64,000 nucleotides of DNA from a virus, in the IMG/VR virus record IMGVR_UViG_3300046373_000092, positions 1-64,000 of that record. One strand, given 5' to 3'. The translations under genes and the position numbers were made by a program. The notes below the pieces were generated by a model. It was given only the letters and a program-made list of their open reading frames with translations. It was not told the DNA's origin and ran no database searches. This document shows, piece by piece, positions 56,700 to 64,000 of the stretch. Each line of letters opens with the position of its first letter. Position 1 is the first letter of the stretch.

Positions 56700-56884
56700 A
56701 ATAATTCCTTTATTACGGCAGTATATTTAAGGCGCTCAATCAGTGAAAGCTGTGTTAAAGTGATGGTATCTGAACCTTTACTTCCTGAAAATTGAAGGCA
56801 ATGATAATTATTTCTGCAGTGTCTAGCGACTTCTCTGAAATCAAAATTGTATCTAAAAATTTCAACTAAGTTTTTAAAGTTCAT
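56651..56884 (-). CDS. microprotein family member (extended C-terminus)
   Basis: ...LKYTAVIKELLCL... Confidence 0.6.
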   Translation of the reverse strand: MNFKNLVEIFRYNFDFREVARHCRNNYHCLQFSGSKGSDTITLTQLSLIERLKYTAVIKELLCLEQPAQASRYTSSF

Positions 56885-57393
56885 ATATGTCTCCAAATCT
56901 CTCTTCTAACTAATTTTCCAACGTGCTTATATTGAAGATTCATTTTGGTAGCGATGTCTCTCTTGGACATTCCCTCTTCGTGGAGTTTTCTAACCTCCAA
57001 AACAATCTCATTAGTAACTATAGAATCTGGGTGCTGTTCTCCTTGGACGTGTGGTATAAACATCCTTCCTTGTTTAAGGCAGTGATCCATGTTCATTTTT
57101 CTAGTACACCACTGAAGATTATCAAATCTATTGTTTAAAGGATTATTATCGATATGATTAATCTCTTTATAATTATTCATATTAGAAATAAAATGCTTAG
57201 CTACTAATTGATGCACTCTCCATTCAACAGCCTTCCCATCTTTTCTAAGAGCCACCTGCTCATAGCCTTTTTTAGTAATTCTCGCTTTTAAAAATTTATT
57301 ACTTTTCAAGCTAAACAGTCTTCCTAGATTTGAAATTTCATACCCAGAAAAACCATTTACAGCCTTAAATATTTCCCCACTAAAACAAGTCAT
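56881..57393 (-). CDS. NUMOD4-HNH homing endonuclease
   Basis: YEISNLGRL, VHQLVAKHFI, INHIDNNPLNN..NLQW. Confidence 0.9.
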   Translation of the reverse strand: MTCFSGEIFKAVNGFSGYEISNLGRLFSLKSNKFLKARITKKGYEQVALRKDGKAVEWRVHQLVAKHFISNMNNYKEINHIDNNPLNNRFDNLQWCTRKMNMDHCLKQGRMFIPHVQGEQHPDSIVTNEIVLEVRKLHEEGMSKRDIATKMNLQYKHVGKLVRREIWRHI

Positions 57394-59332
57394 TATCTGC
57401 CTTTTTCTTATTTGCCTTCTGTACTCTCAATTCCTCTAAATTAATCTTCTCTATAGCCTCTAACTCTCGGATACTTCCAGTTACTCCATCCCAGGCAAAA
57501 TCGAGAGAAAACATAGCTCCATGTCGATTTTTTAGACAATCGAGGGAATAGTACTTATCATTTTCGAATGTTCTAGGGCTGGCTCCAGGTCTTGAAACCC
57601 AGAGCATAGCATTCGATAGCTCAGCAAGTGCTCCAGACCCCTTAAAAGCAGCGTATGTTTCCGCAGGTTCATCCATTCTTTGGTTAGCTTTGTTTGGCTG
57701 TCCAAGAAATACAACACACTTACGAAGTGCTGAAGCTATCTCTTTTAGCCCCTGAACAGAGTACATTGAGCGTTGAGTAGGGTCGCTGTAGTCGGACCTA
57801 ATCAAGTCTAAGTAGTCTACTAAAATAAATTTAATGTCTGTGCCAAGAGCTTGTTCTGTTCTGATAATTCTATCTTTCATCTCTTCGATGGACATTCCGG
57901 CGGAACGAACAAAATTAACGTTGCTGTAATTTTCCGCAAGACAGAGTCTGAATTTCTCTCTCCAAGACGGATCTTCCATTCTAGTATAAACTTCCTTAGC
58001 AGAAATTTTATAATGCTTTTGAATTAGCTTTTGATAAACATCTTCTAAAGACATGTCGAAAGAAAAGAACATACTGTTAACAGCTTGCTTAGAAGTATTG
58101 TTTAGTAGCTGAAGAGATAGCGAGGTCTTCCCAGAACCAGGGCTACCTCCAATTGCATACACTCTTCCTACTTGCGCTTCCAGAGCTGCATCCAAAGATT
58201 TAATCCCGAATTCCAATCTGTTTTTGCCGATATTAGCAGCGTAGTCCTCAAAAATGTTTCCAACTTGTTCTACTGAAATAACATCTTCTTTTGACTTCAC
58301 AATGTGTTTAGCTGGGATGCTTGCCGCTAACGACATCAGTAGTTCGTCTGACTTCTCAGAGTAAGTGCCGCCGTTCCAGCTCGGACTGTAAACTTGACGA
58401 ATAATGTTACTCCAAATCTCAGACTTTGGAAATTTATCACACCCCATTAGTAAGGATTGTTTTTCCATTGCTGATTTAATTAAGTAATACGCCTTATTCT
58501 CGTCATATCCAAGGTTACGATAAGTAGAGGCTAAGATCATTCCTGCGTGAGAACGAGATCCAGCCGGGAAGAAACCCAACTCTACTAGCCATTTAGCTGG
58601 AGATAAGTCTGTGGGCTTTTTAGTCCAATCAACGTCATTGATGTTAATTACTGTAACTTCTTTTAGGGGCTTCACAGAGGGAGTTTTTGCCTTTAAATCC
58701 TTCATTAGCGTAGTAAGCTTAACTGGAGCCCATGCGTCTTTAATAGCTGAATACTCCAGCTCTTGCTTTGCTACTTCCGCAATTTCAGTTGCCGATAGTG
58801 TGCGAAGATCCTCAACTCCCAACGGATATTTAAATAATCCGGATTTCTGGTGTTTTGTGAGGGGCAATCTAAAAATGCGAGTGGCGTTGTATATTTTAGA
58901 ATCTACAGTGGTCAGTCCTTCTGCAATGTTCATGCAAATATTTTTTGTTTCGGATGGCGTTAAACGTTCTCCGTCAAGTTGCACAGACACTTCAAATCCT
59001 TTATTTCCGCTAAAGAAAATACGAATGTTCTCTTCTGTGTAGCCCTGAGACTGAAGCCTCTTAACAAGCTCTACCGCGTCGATACGAGCCTCTTCAACGT
59101 GCTTCTCACTGTCGAAGTCCCATGTTAACTTGTCAGTCGTTACGTCGGTCATCCCAGCTACAGATCCAGTAGTTTGGAATGTTTTGAATTGGGCATCGTT
59201 AAAATAGAATAAGGAAGTGTAGGCATCCTTGTTTTTGTTTAGTGATTTATACACGCCAGTAAGGTCGTTGCCAATTACTGGAATTAAAGTACCTTTATCT
59301 GCTAAGTCTTTGCAAAGTCTGATGTAATCCAT
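57380..59332 (-). CDS. primase-polymerase fused to DnaB-like helicase
   Basis: WDFD and FSGNKGF (AEP), RIFRLP; Walker A GSPGSGKT, VDYLD, KNRHG. Confidence 0.9.
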   Translation of the reverse strand: MDYIRLCKDLADKGTLIPVIGNDLTGVYKSLNKNKDAYTSLFYFNDAQFKTFQTTGSVAGMTDVTTDKLTWDFDSEKHVEEARIDAVELVKRLQSQGYTEENIRIFFSGNKGFEVSVQLDGERLTPSETKNICMNIAEGLTTVDSKIYNATRIFRLPLTKHQKSGLFKYPLGVEDLRTLSATEIAEVAKQELEYSAIKDAWAPVKLTTLMKDLKAKTPSVKPLKEVTVININDVDWTKKPTDLSPAKWLVELGFFPAGSRSHAGMILASTYRNLGYDENKAYYLIKSAMEKQSLLMGCDKFPKSEIWSNIIRQVYSPSWNGGTYSEKSDELLMSLAASIPAKHIVKSKEDVISVEQVGNIFEDYAANIGKNRLEFGIKSLDAALEAQVGRVYAIGGSPGSGKTSLSLQLLNNTSKQAVNSMFFSFDMSLEDVYQKLIQKHYKISAKEVYTRMEDPSWREKFRLCLAENYSNVNFVRSAGMSIEEMKDRIIRTEQALGTDIKFILVDYLDLIRSDYSDPTQRSMYSVQGLKEIASALRKCVVFLGQPNKANQRMDEPAETYAAFKGSGALAELSNAMLWVSRPGASPRTFENDKYYSLDCLKNRHGAMFSLDFAWDGVTGSIRELEAIEKINLEELRVQKANKKKADNDLF

Positions 59333-59520
59333 TTTATTTTATCCTCTAGTAATGTTTGAAATATGTCTGATTGAAAAATTCTCTTAGTAATAACTGTATA
59401 ATTTGTTCTGTCTCCGAACCATCGGTGAGCTTTGGTAAACTGGATGCCCTCTCGGTGCCCAATCTCCAGCAAAGTTTCTAAAAAATTAGGATAGATCAGC
59501 TCATGTGGATTTCTTTTCAT
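59302..59520 (-). CDS. microprotein family member
   Basis: ...IFQSDIFQTLLEDK... Confidence 0.7.
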   Translation of the reverse strand: MKRNPHELIYPNFLETLLEIGHREGIQFTKAHRWFGDRTNYTVITKRIFQSDIFQTLLEDKIKWITSDFAKT

Positions 59521-59710
59521 TTAGTAATTCCTGAAAAATTTCAGTAAAGAATACTCTTTTGCAAATAGCGGCTCTGTCCCAAACGCGATAATTATGAGTC
59601 GAGAATGTCCACCCACTCCACCAAGTAGTTTTTTTAACTAAAACTCTGTCCAAGAAGTCGGAATTAACTTTATCCCCGTCTTTTAATTTATAACCGGTGT
59701 ATTTCAGCAC
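59501..59710 (-). CDS. microprotein family member
   Basis: ...VFFTEIFQELLNEKKST*. Confidence 0.75.
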   Translation of the reverse strand: MLKYTGYKLKDGDKVNSDFLDRVLVKKTTWWSGWTFSTHNYRVWDRAAICKRVFFTEIFQELLNEKKST

Positions 59711-60003
59711 AACAATTCTCCAATTAAATCAGAAGTAGTAACTGTTAATTTTACGTTCACTGGAGTAAACTTTCCGATCCAAATGTTAGTAATAATCTTG
59801 CCAATATAAGATCCAATAAAATTGGCATCACTACAAGCTTGATACGGGATACTTTGCGTTTGCATTTTTCTAGTAGTCATGTTTTGTATTGTTAACTGTA
59901 TGTAATAACTCTCTTGCCGATCTGTAAGATGTATTCGATACAAATCCCCCCTAAAGTATATGGGATCTTGGAATTCACGAAGCGCATTGATAATGACACC
60001 CAT
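59704..60003 (-). CDS. longer microprotein family member (99 aa)
   Basis: ...VTTSDLIGELLC*. Confidence 0.6.
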   Translation of the reverse strand: MGVIINALREFQDPIYFRGDLYRIHLTDRQESYYIQLTIQNMTTRKMQTQSIPYQACSDANFIGSYIGKIITNIWIGKFTPVNVKLTVTTSDLIGELLC

Positions 60004-60005
60004 TA

Positions 60006-61178
60006 CTAAGTTCCATACTCGTTAATGAAGATCTTTCTTCCCCAAGGAATTCCGTCCCAAGTGTGCTTTCCGATAATTGTCCAAAGAGTGGGCAGATTGC
60101 TTTTGGGAACTTCCTCGTAGAAGTCTCCGTCGGTAAAACAGACAATAACATCAGCTCCCAATTCTTCGGCTTTCTTAAATCCCGGAGACATTACTGTCCC
60201 TCCACGACCCTGAATTTCAGGCTTCATTCTAGGATTAAACTCTCTCACGTTCTGAACATCACTGTCACACTCAATAAGAGTAATTTGCATGTTGGGGTAG
60301 AACTGTTGAAGTTTAGCCATTTCGCTCCAGCCCTGGGCTAGATATTCATCTGACATAGACCCTGAAGTATCGAGTAGGAAAGCTAAGTGCATCTCCCATT
60401 CTTTCTTTTTACCGGCAAACATCGTCCCGTAACGTCTGTTACGCTTCTTGCGAGAGCCTGTTCTAGTAAAGTTAACTGCATTGTTTACAAATTTTCTCAG
60501 CTCAGACTTCCAATTGATTTTAGAAGCAAAGAGCTGGTCCAAGATTACTGAAAGACCGTTAGACATGTTCCCAGCTCCTCCAGCAGCATCCGAAGCCTTT
60601 TTAGCGGCTTTCTTTACGAGGTGCTCTTTGTAGGCTTGAGAGATATCTTTTCCATCTGATTCTTCCCAAACGTCGTGATCATCAAATTGATCTCCAGCTC
60701 CAGACTCATCAAACTTGTCCTGACATTTTTCGATGATGCGAGCATAGTAGTCGAATGACTGTAGAGCTTGGATAGAAGACGGTTCCACGAACTCAGAACA
60801 AGCCTCGCGGAACCTAGCAAGAGTGACGCCGCCGATTTCATCAACCGACTCCTCAATTCCTTCCATTTGATTAATAGTACAATCCATCGCAATGTTTTTT
60901 TGCTTGTGAGTAAGCTTGTCGAAATCCATGCGATCTTTAGAGAGGGTGCAATGATTTAGAATCAAGTGAAGACACTCATGTTTTAAAATGTCTTCTTGCT
61001 GCTTATTAGTCTTAGAATCGAACCATTCGCTGTTAACATACAGATTGATTTGATCTGTTACACTTACTCCCAGAGTAGGGCATTTAGTAGTGTAAACACG
61101 ACGACAACTTTGCAAAATTGAAGCGTAGAAAATATTTTGAGACATAATAAGTCTTGAGATAGCTGATTCTAATGACAT
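60006..61178 (-). CDS. DUF2201-type metallopeptidase + vWA domain protein
   Basis: KHECLH, MIDAS DTSGS, GRGGT, FTDG; SD GAGGG before ATG 61178. Confidence 0.9.
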   Translation of the reverse strand: MSLESAISRLIMSQNIFYASILQSCRRVYTTKCPTLGVSVTDQINLYVNSEWFDSKTNKQQEDILKHECLHLILNHCTLSKDRMDFDKLTHKQKNIAMDCTINQMEGIEESVDEIGGVTLARFREACSEFVEPSSIQALQSFDYYARIIEKCQDKFDESGAGDQFDDHDVWEESDGKDISQAYKEHLVKKAAKKASDAAGGAGNMSNGLSVILDQLFASKINWKSELRKFVNNAVNFTRTGSRKKRNRRYGTMFAGKKKEWEMHLAFLLDTSGSMSDEYLAQGWSEMAKLQQFYPNMQITLIECDSDVQNVREFNPRMKPEIQGRGGTVMSPGFKKAEELGADVIVCFTDGDFYEEVPKSNLPTLWTIIGKHTWDGIPWGRKIFINEYGT

Positions 61179-61191
61179 AAACACCCTCATG

Positions 61192-61314
61192 TTATTTATA
61201 GAGACAGTTGCAGTGCTTGCAATTTTTAAGATCCTTGAACCAACGAAATTTACCGTCGTGCGAATGGAGCCCAAAAAAGCAAGCTATTAATTGAATCAAT
61301 TTATCCTGATCCAC
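61192..61314 (-). CDS. small Zn-binding protein (40 aa, DUF1660-like, not in ORF track)
   Basis: MDQDKLIQLIACFFGLH...CKHC. Confidence 0.55.
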   Translation of the reverse strand: MDQDKLIQLIACFFGLHSHDGKFRWFKDLKNCKHCNCLYK

Positions 61315-62423
61315 TACTTGCTTTCTTCAGTAAGCGAAGATTGAACTTTCTCAACAACTCCAGCAGCCTTTTGTTGCTTCACAAGGTTTAGCAATCTGTC
61401 GTTCTTATTTAAGAATCCTTCGATAACGATGTCGTCATTAATAAAGTTTTCAACTTTGATTAAGTTAAACAAATTCGCAATAGCCAAGTCACCTGGAATA
61501 GCTAGTAGGAATTCATTTACCTGGGCAACGTTGTGTTCAGTGATGATTGTTGTTTCCAACGCTAGAAGCGCCATAAGCTCTTCTGAAGCAAGAGAAAGCA
61601 TCGGCATGTTGTGCTGAGCTACTAGATCCTTAACATTGTTAAAGTCGCGCAACATAGCTTCAACGTCAATTTTCTTAGGCTTTTCACGAACGTATGACTC
61701 GAAAGCTGCCGCAGCTTCAGATCCTACCATTCCTTGCCCAATTTCGAATCTAATAGACTCCGGCAATCCTAAATTGATTAGGGATTGAAATCTAATTGCA
61801 GAACGTCTAGACGGCTTGATGTCTGCGTAGCTTAGAGGTGCTAAGTCCTGCTCGATCATGTTCTTGTGTTCTTGTAGGAACGAAATGAAGTCTCCGTTAG
61901 TTGTAGACTTTGCGTACGAGATGAACTCTTCTTTAGAAGGTTCGAAGTTGATGTGGCAAAATCTGTCTGAGAAAGCTGGGTCAGTGAGGTCTAGTACCGA
62001 GTAGTCCCCGTTTGGTGGGTTCATCGCTGCGATGACCTTAGTATTTACAAGCTTGTGCGGTCCAAGTTGAGAGCCCGTCTCTACTGCCTGGAAAATAGCT
62101 TGGATCAAATCTTTATGTGATCTATTTACTTCGTCGAAAAATAGGATGGTTTCTTGTTCCTCAGAACCATTTAAAAACTCAGGAGCAGCAAAAACAGTGT
62201 TGATAGCTCTGCCCGCGTCATTTCTAACGAAGTCAGCTAGACCAATTAAGTCACCTGCGTCAGAAAGTTGCCCAAGACGGATAACTACTAGACGAGATCC
62301 CCTAGCCTGCGCAATTTGCTCTACTACAGTAGTCTTTCCTACGCCGTGGTACCCGCGAAGTAATGGTGTGATTTTTGCTTTGAAAAGAAAGTCTACTGCT
62401 GTTGTAATGTCTGAAATCTTCAT
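61314..62423 (-). CDS. MoxR-like AAA+ ATPase
   Basis: GYHGVGKT, DLIG, FFDEVNR, AAMNP, LTDPAFSDRF. Confidence 0.9.
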   Translation of the reverse strand: MKISDITTAVDFLFKAKITPLLRGYHGVGKTTVVEQIAQARGSRLVVIRLGQLSDAGDLIGLADFVRNDAGRAINTVFAAPEFLNGSEEQETILFFDEVNRSHKDLIQAIFQAVETGSQLGPHKLVNTKVIAAMNPPNGDYSVLDLTDPAFSDRFCHINFEPSKEEFISYAKSTTNGDFISFLQEHKNMIEQDLAPLSYADIKPSRRSAIRFQSLINLGLPESIRFEIGQGMVGSEAAAAFESYVREKPKKIDVEAMLRDFNNVKDLVAQHNMPMLSLASEELMALLALETTIITEHNVAQVNEFLLAIPGDLAIANLFNLIKVENFINDDIVIEGFLNKNDRLLNLVKQQKAAGVVEKVQSSLTEESK

Positions 62424-62470
62424 TATCCCTCCTGGAATATTTTATTGTAGGAAACCTTGTCCTGGTTAAA

Positions 62471-62499
62471 TTTATAGCACAGCGTTAATTATTTGTCAA
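62471..62499 (-). promoter_or_regulatory. sigma70-type promoter
   Basis: TTGACA-17 bp-TATAAA with TG extension. Confidence 0.7.
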
Positions 62500-62665
62500 G
62501 CGAAAATAATTCTTTTATTAAAGCAGAATTTCTTGTGTCATATTTAATTAAATATGCTCCCGGATCGGAGCCAACGTTGGCTATTCCATTTTCATCCACT
62601 AGAAATGAACCATCATATTCTAAATGATCAATCCAAAAAACATAGTCTCCAATTTCAATTTTCAT
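62489..62665 (-). CDS. microprotein family member (58 aa, not in ORF track)
   Basis: MKIEIGDYVFW...TRNSALIKELFSLDK*. Confidence 0.8.
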   Translation of the reverse strand: MKIEIGDYVFWIDHLEYDGSFLVDENGIANVGSDPGAYLIKYDTRNSALIKELFSLDK

Positions 62666-62851
62666 AAAAACAATCCCATTATTACTGCAGATTTCAATGC
62701 AACTACTCTAACGGGCTGTGTTTGTTCTATACCGTATAAGTCCGAGGCGCGCATCTGCCACCTCGATCTACTGGTTTCATAGAAGTCTCGGAGTTCTTCC
62801 GCAGAATCATGATATAGCCCCCCAGCACCAGTCTCCAACTTTAATCTTCAT
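62662..62851 (-). pseudogene. microprotein family member with +1 frameshift in a G6 run
   Basis: 190 nt; removing one G at 62818-62823 restores the 62 aa MKIKVGDWCWGLYH...ALKSAVIMGLFL*. Confidence 0.7.
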
Positions 62852-63002
62852 CTAGCAACTCCTGAAAAATTACAGACTCGTAAACAGTAACTCTAATGTG
62901 AAAATAATCCTCGTGCTTTTGAAAATTAAATCCTCCGTGATGTTTCCAATAAAGATCAACAGGAGTCTTATAGTAGAATGGCTTGGATATATCAATTTTC
63001 AT
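62841..63002 (-). CDS. microprotein family member (53 aa, not in ORF track)
   Basis: MKIDISKP...VYESVIFQELLDED*. Confidence 0.8.
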   Translation of the reverse strand: MKIDISKPFYYKTPVDLYWKHHGGFNFQKHEDYFHIRVTVYESVIFQELLDED

Positions 63003-63006
63003 CTAG

Positions 63007-63168
63007 CTAACTCCTGTAGCAGCGAAGAGCAGAAATTTTTACCACCGGCAGGTGTTTTGAAAAAACATTATTCATGGGAAGTATCCAGCCGGAGCTTTTA
63101 GCAACGCTAGCTCTTATATCAATTAAGTTTCGGTAATACCAACATGAGTCACCTGGTTTAGCTTTCAC
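63007..63168 (-). pseudogene. microprotein family member with C-terminal motif lost by frameshift
   Basis: MKAKPGDSCWYY...KISALRCYRS*; LQELAR* lies in a shifted frame; paralog 63158-63334 ends AMRSELLQELA. Confidence 0.65.
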
Positions 63169-63334
63169 ACGCCAACTCCTGTAATAGTTCAGAACGCATA
63201 GCTATTATTTTTACAAAGGGGTAAGCAAGGGGTAACGGCTTTTTCAGTACCCATCCAGCTTTATTGTTAGTACTTTGCCTAATATCAAGAGTACTGGCGT
63301 AATACCAACACAAATCACCAGTTTTAGCTTTCAT
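63158..63334 (-). CDS. microprotein family member
   Basis: MKAKTGDLCWYY...AMRSELLQELACES*. Confidence 0.8.
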   Translation of the reverse strand: MKAKTGDLCWYYASTLDIRQSTNNKAGWVLKKPLPLAYPFVKIIAMRSELLQELACES

Positions 63335-63450
63335 CTTTACTCCAATAAAACAGTTAGTAGCATAATCCCAATCCATAGGAAAAATAACGTCATAAGCACC
63401 TCTTGTGTTTTTAGTAGTATAAACTAAAAACAATAGGATGCAAGTGGAAA

Positions 63451-63630
63451 TTACTTCGGAGACTGAGGAAGCAAAGCCTCTAATATATCTGACTCAACAC
63501 TGTCTACTCTAATTCTAAATCTATTTGGTAAGAAGCTGGAACTCCCTTTAAATGTGCGCACCCAATAAATAGGATGAAAGCAATCTTCCCACAGGCTGTA
63601 GTAGTGGAAGTGTCCCTGTTTAAGCTTCAT
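63451..63630 (-). CDS. microprotein family member
   Basis: ...IRVDSVESDILEALLPQSPK*. Confidence 0.7.
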   Translation of the reverse strand: MKLKQGHFHYYSLWEDCFHPIYWVRTFKGSSSFLPNRFRIRVDSVESDILEALLPQSPK

Positions 63631-63830
63631 TTGAATGCTCTCCAAATTTCTGCGTTAACAGCATCTACTCTAATTACAAAGTTTCCTGCCGTGTACGAAA
63701 GAATCAGATCTTGAAAACGGACTCCATAGCGATAAGAGCCCCTATTTCTATAGCCCGCACTGTAAGATATCCAAGCACAACCTCTCTGAGAAGATAGAAT
63801 TACGCACTTGTCTGTTGGTCTAATTTTCAT
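63627..63830 (-). CDS. microprotein family member (divergent)
   Basis: ...IRVDAVNAEIWRAFK*. Confidence 0.6.
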   Translation of the reverse strand: MKIRPTDKCVILSSQRGCAWISYSAGYRNRGSYRYGVRFQDLILSYTAGNFVIRVDAVNAEIWRAFK

Positions 63831-63907
63831 CCTACAAACTCACGCCTAATGAATAACTCTTCTGTACAAAATATAATATAATATGGCTCCATACTCACCT
63901 CCAGCAC

Positions 63908-63935
63908 AGTATAGCACAATTATGCCGTATGTCAA
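63908..63935 (-). promoter_or_regulatory. sigma70-type promoter
   Basis: TTGACA-16 bp-TATACT with TGTG extension. Confidence 0.65.
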
Positions 63936-63937
63936 TT

Positions 63938-63960
63938 AAAAAAGCCCTCTTTCGAGGGCT
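63938..63960 (-). terminator. intrinsic terminator
   Basis: AGCCCTC-GAAA-GAGGGCT-TTTTT on minus strand. Confidence 0.85.
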
Positions 63961-64000
63961 ATGCTTAACGTGAAGTAGAAACTTTTTTCTTGACAGCCTC

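Noticed and set aside
53336-59332. Intein or intron in the polymerase or helicase
   Set aside because: Both have normal length and continuous motifs. The NUMOD4-HNH is free-standing after the helicase stop.
60006-61274. ORF-track start at 61274 for the vWA protein (and other over-extended starts)
   Set aside because: A better SD/ATG lies at 61178, and a separate 40 aa ORF occupies the upstream space.
41622-63830. Microprotein C-terminal motif as a mere by-product of Shine-Dalgarno sequences
   Set aside because: SD explains only the x-E codons. The upstream Ser and hydrophobic periodicity use varied codons and persist in members with no coupled downstream gene.
1-64000. Stop-codon reassignment, tRNA genes, or a host-prophage junction
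   Set aside because: Core genes are intact under the standard code with all three stops used. No cloverleaf or host housekeeping genes were recognised by eye; tRNAscan was not run.

Overview
The whole 64 kb window is a tailed dsDNA phage genome segment with podovirus-type, P22/T7-like virion gene order. No host genes, integrase, tRNA, rRNA or CRISPR array were seen. The plus-strand late region (about 4.99-40.8 kb) encodes the terminase, portal, an SLT-like muramidase, scaffold, major capsid protein, an HNH + Mom-like DNA-modification pair, a ~13 kb fibre/spike island, tail adaptor and nozzle, and ejection proteins, one carrying a C-terminal Hint domain. Eight copies of the intergenic motif TTAACAAATAT punctuate it and are probably the late promoter. 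The minus-strand early/middle arms (0.3-4.6 kb and 40.8-64 kb) encode a MoxR AAA+/vWA pair, primase-helicase, family A DNA polymerase (Leu at the 762-equivalent position), exonuclease, dNMP kinase, HNH nucleases, an HU-like protein, an M15 endolysin, exported ClpP-like and metzincin proteases and a stand-alone degenerate Hint domain. The most striking feature is about 40 paralogous microproteins, mostly 50-70 aa. They have hypervariable bodies and a shared C-terminal amphipathic motif, roughly S-x-[LIV]-[LIFV]-x-E-L-hydrophobic. About a third fall below the ORF-track cutoff and were translated by hand. They sit singly or in translationally coupled arrays between core genes, share overlapping-frame junction sequences, and two are freshly frameshifted. 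All functional calls rest on motif recognition by eye and synteny; no database searches were run.
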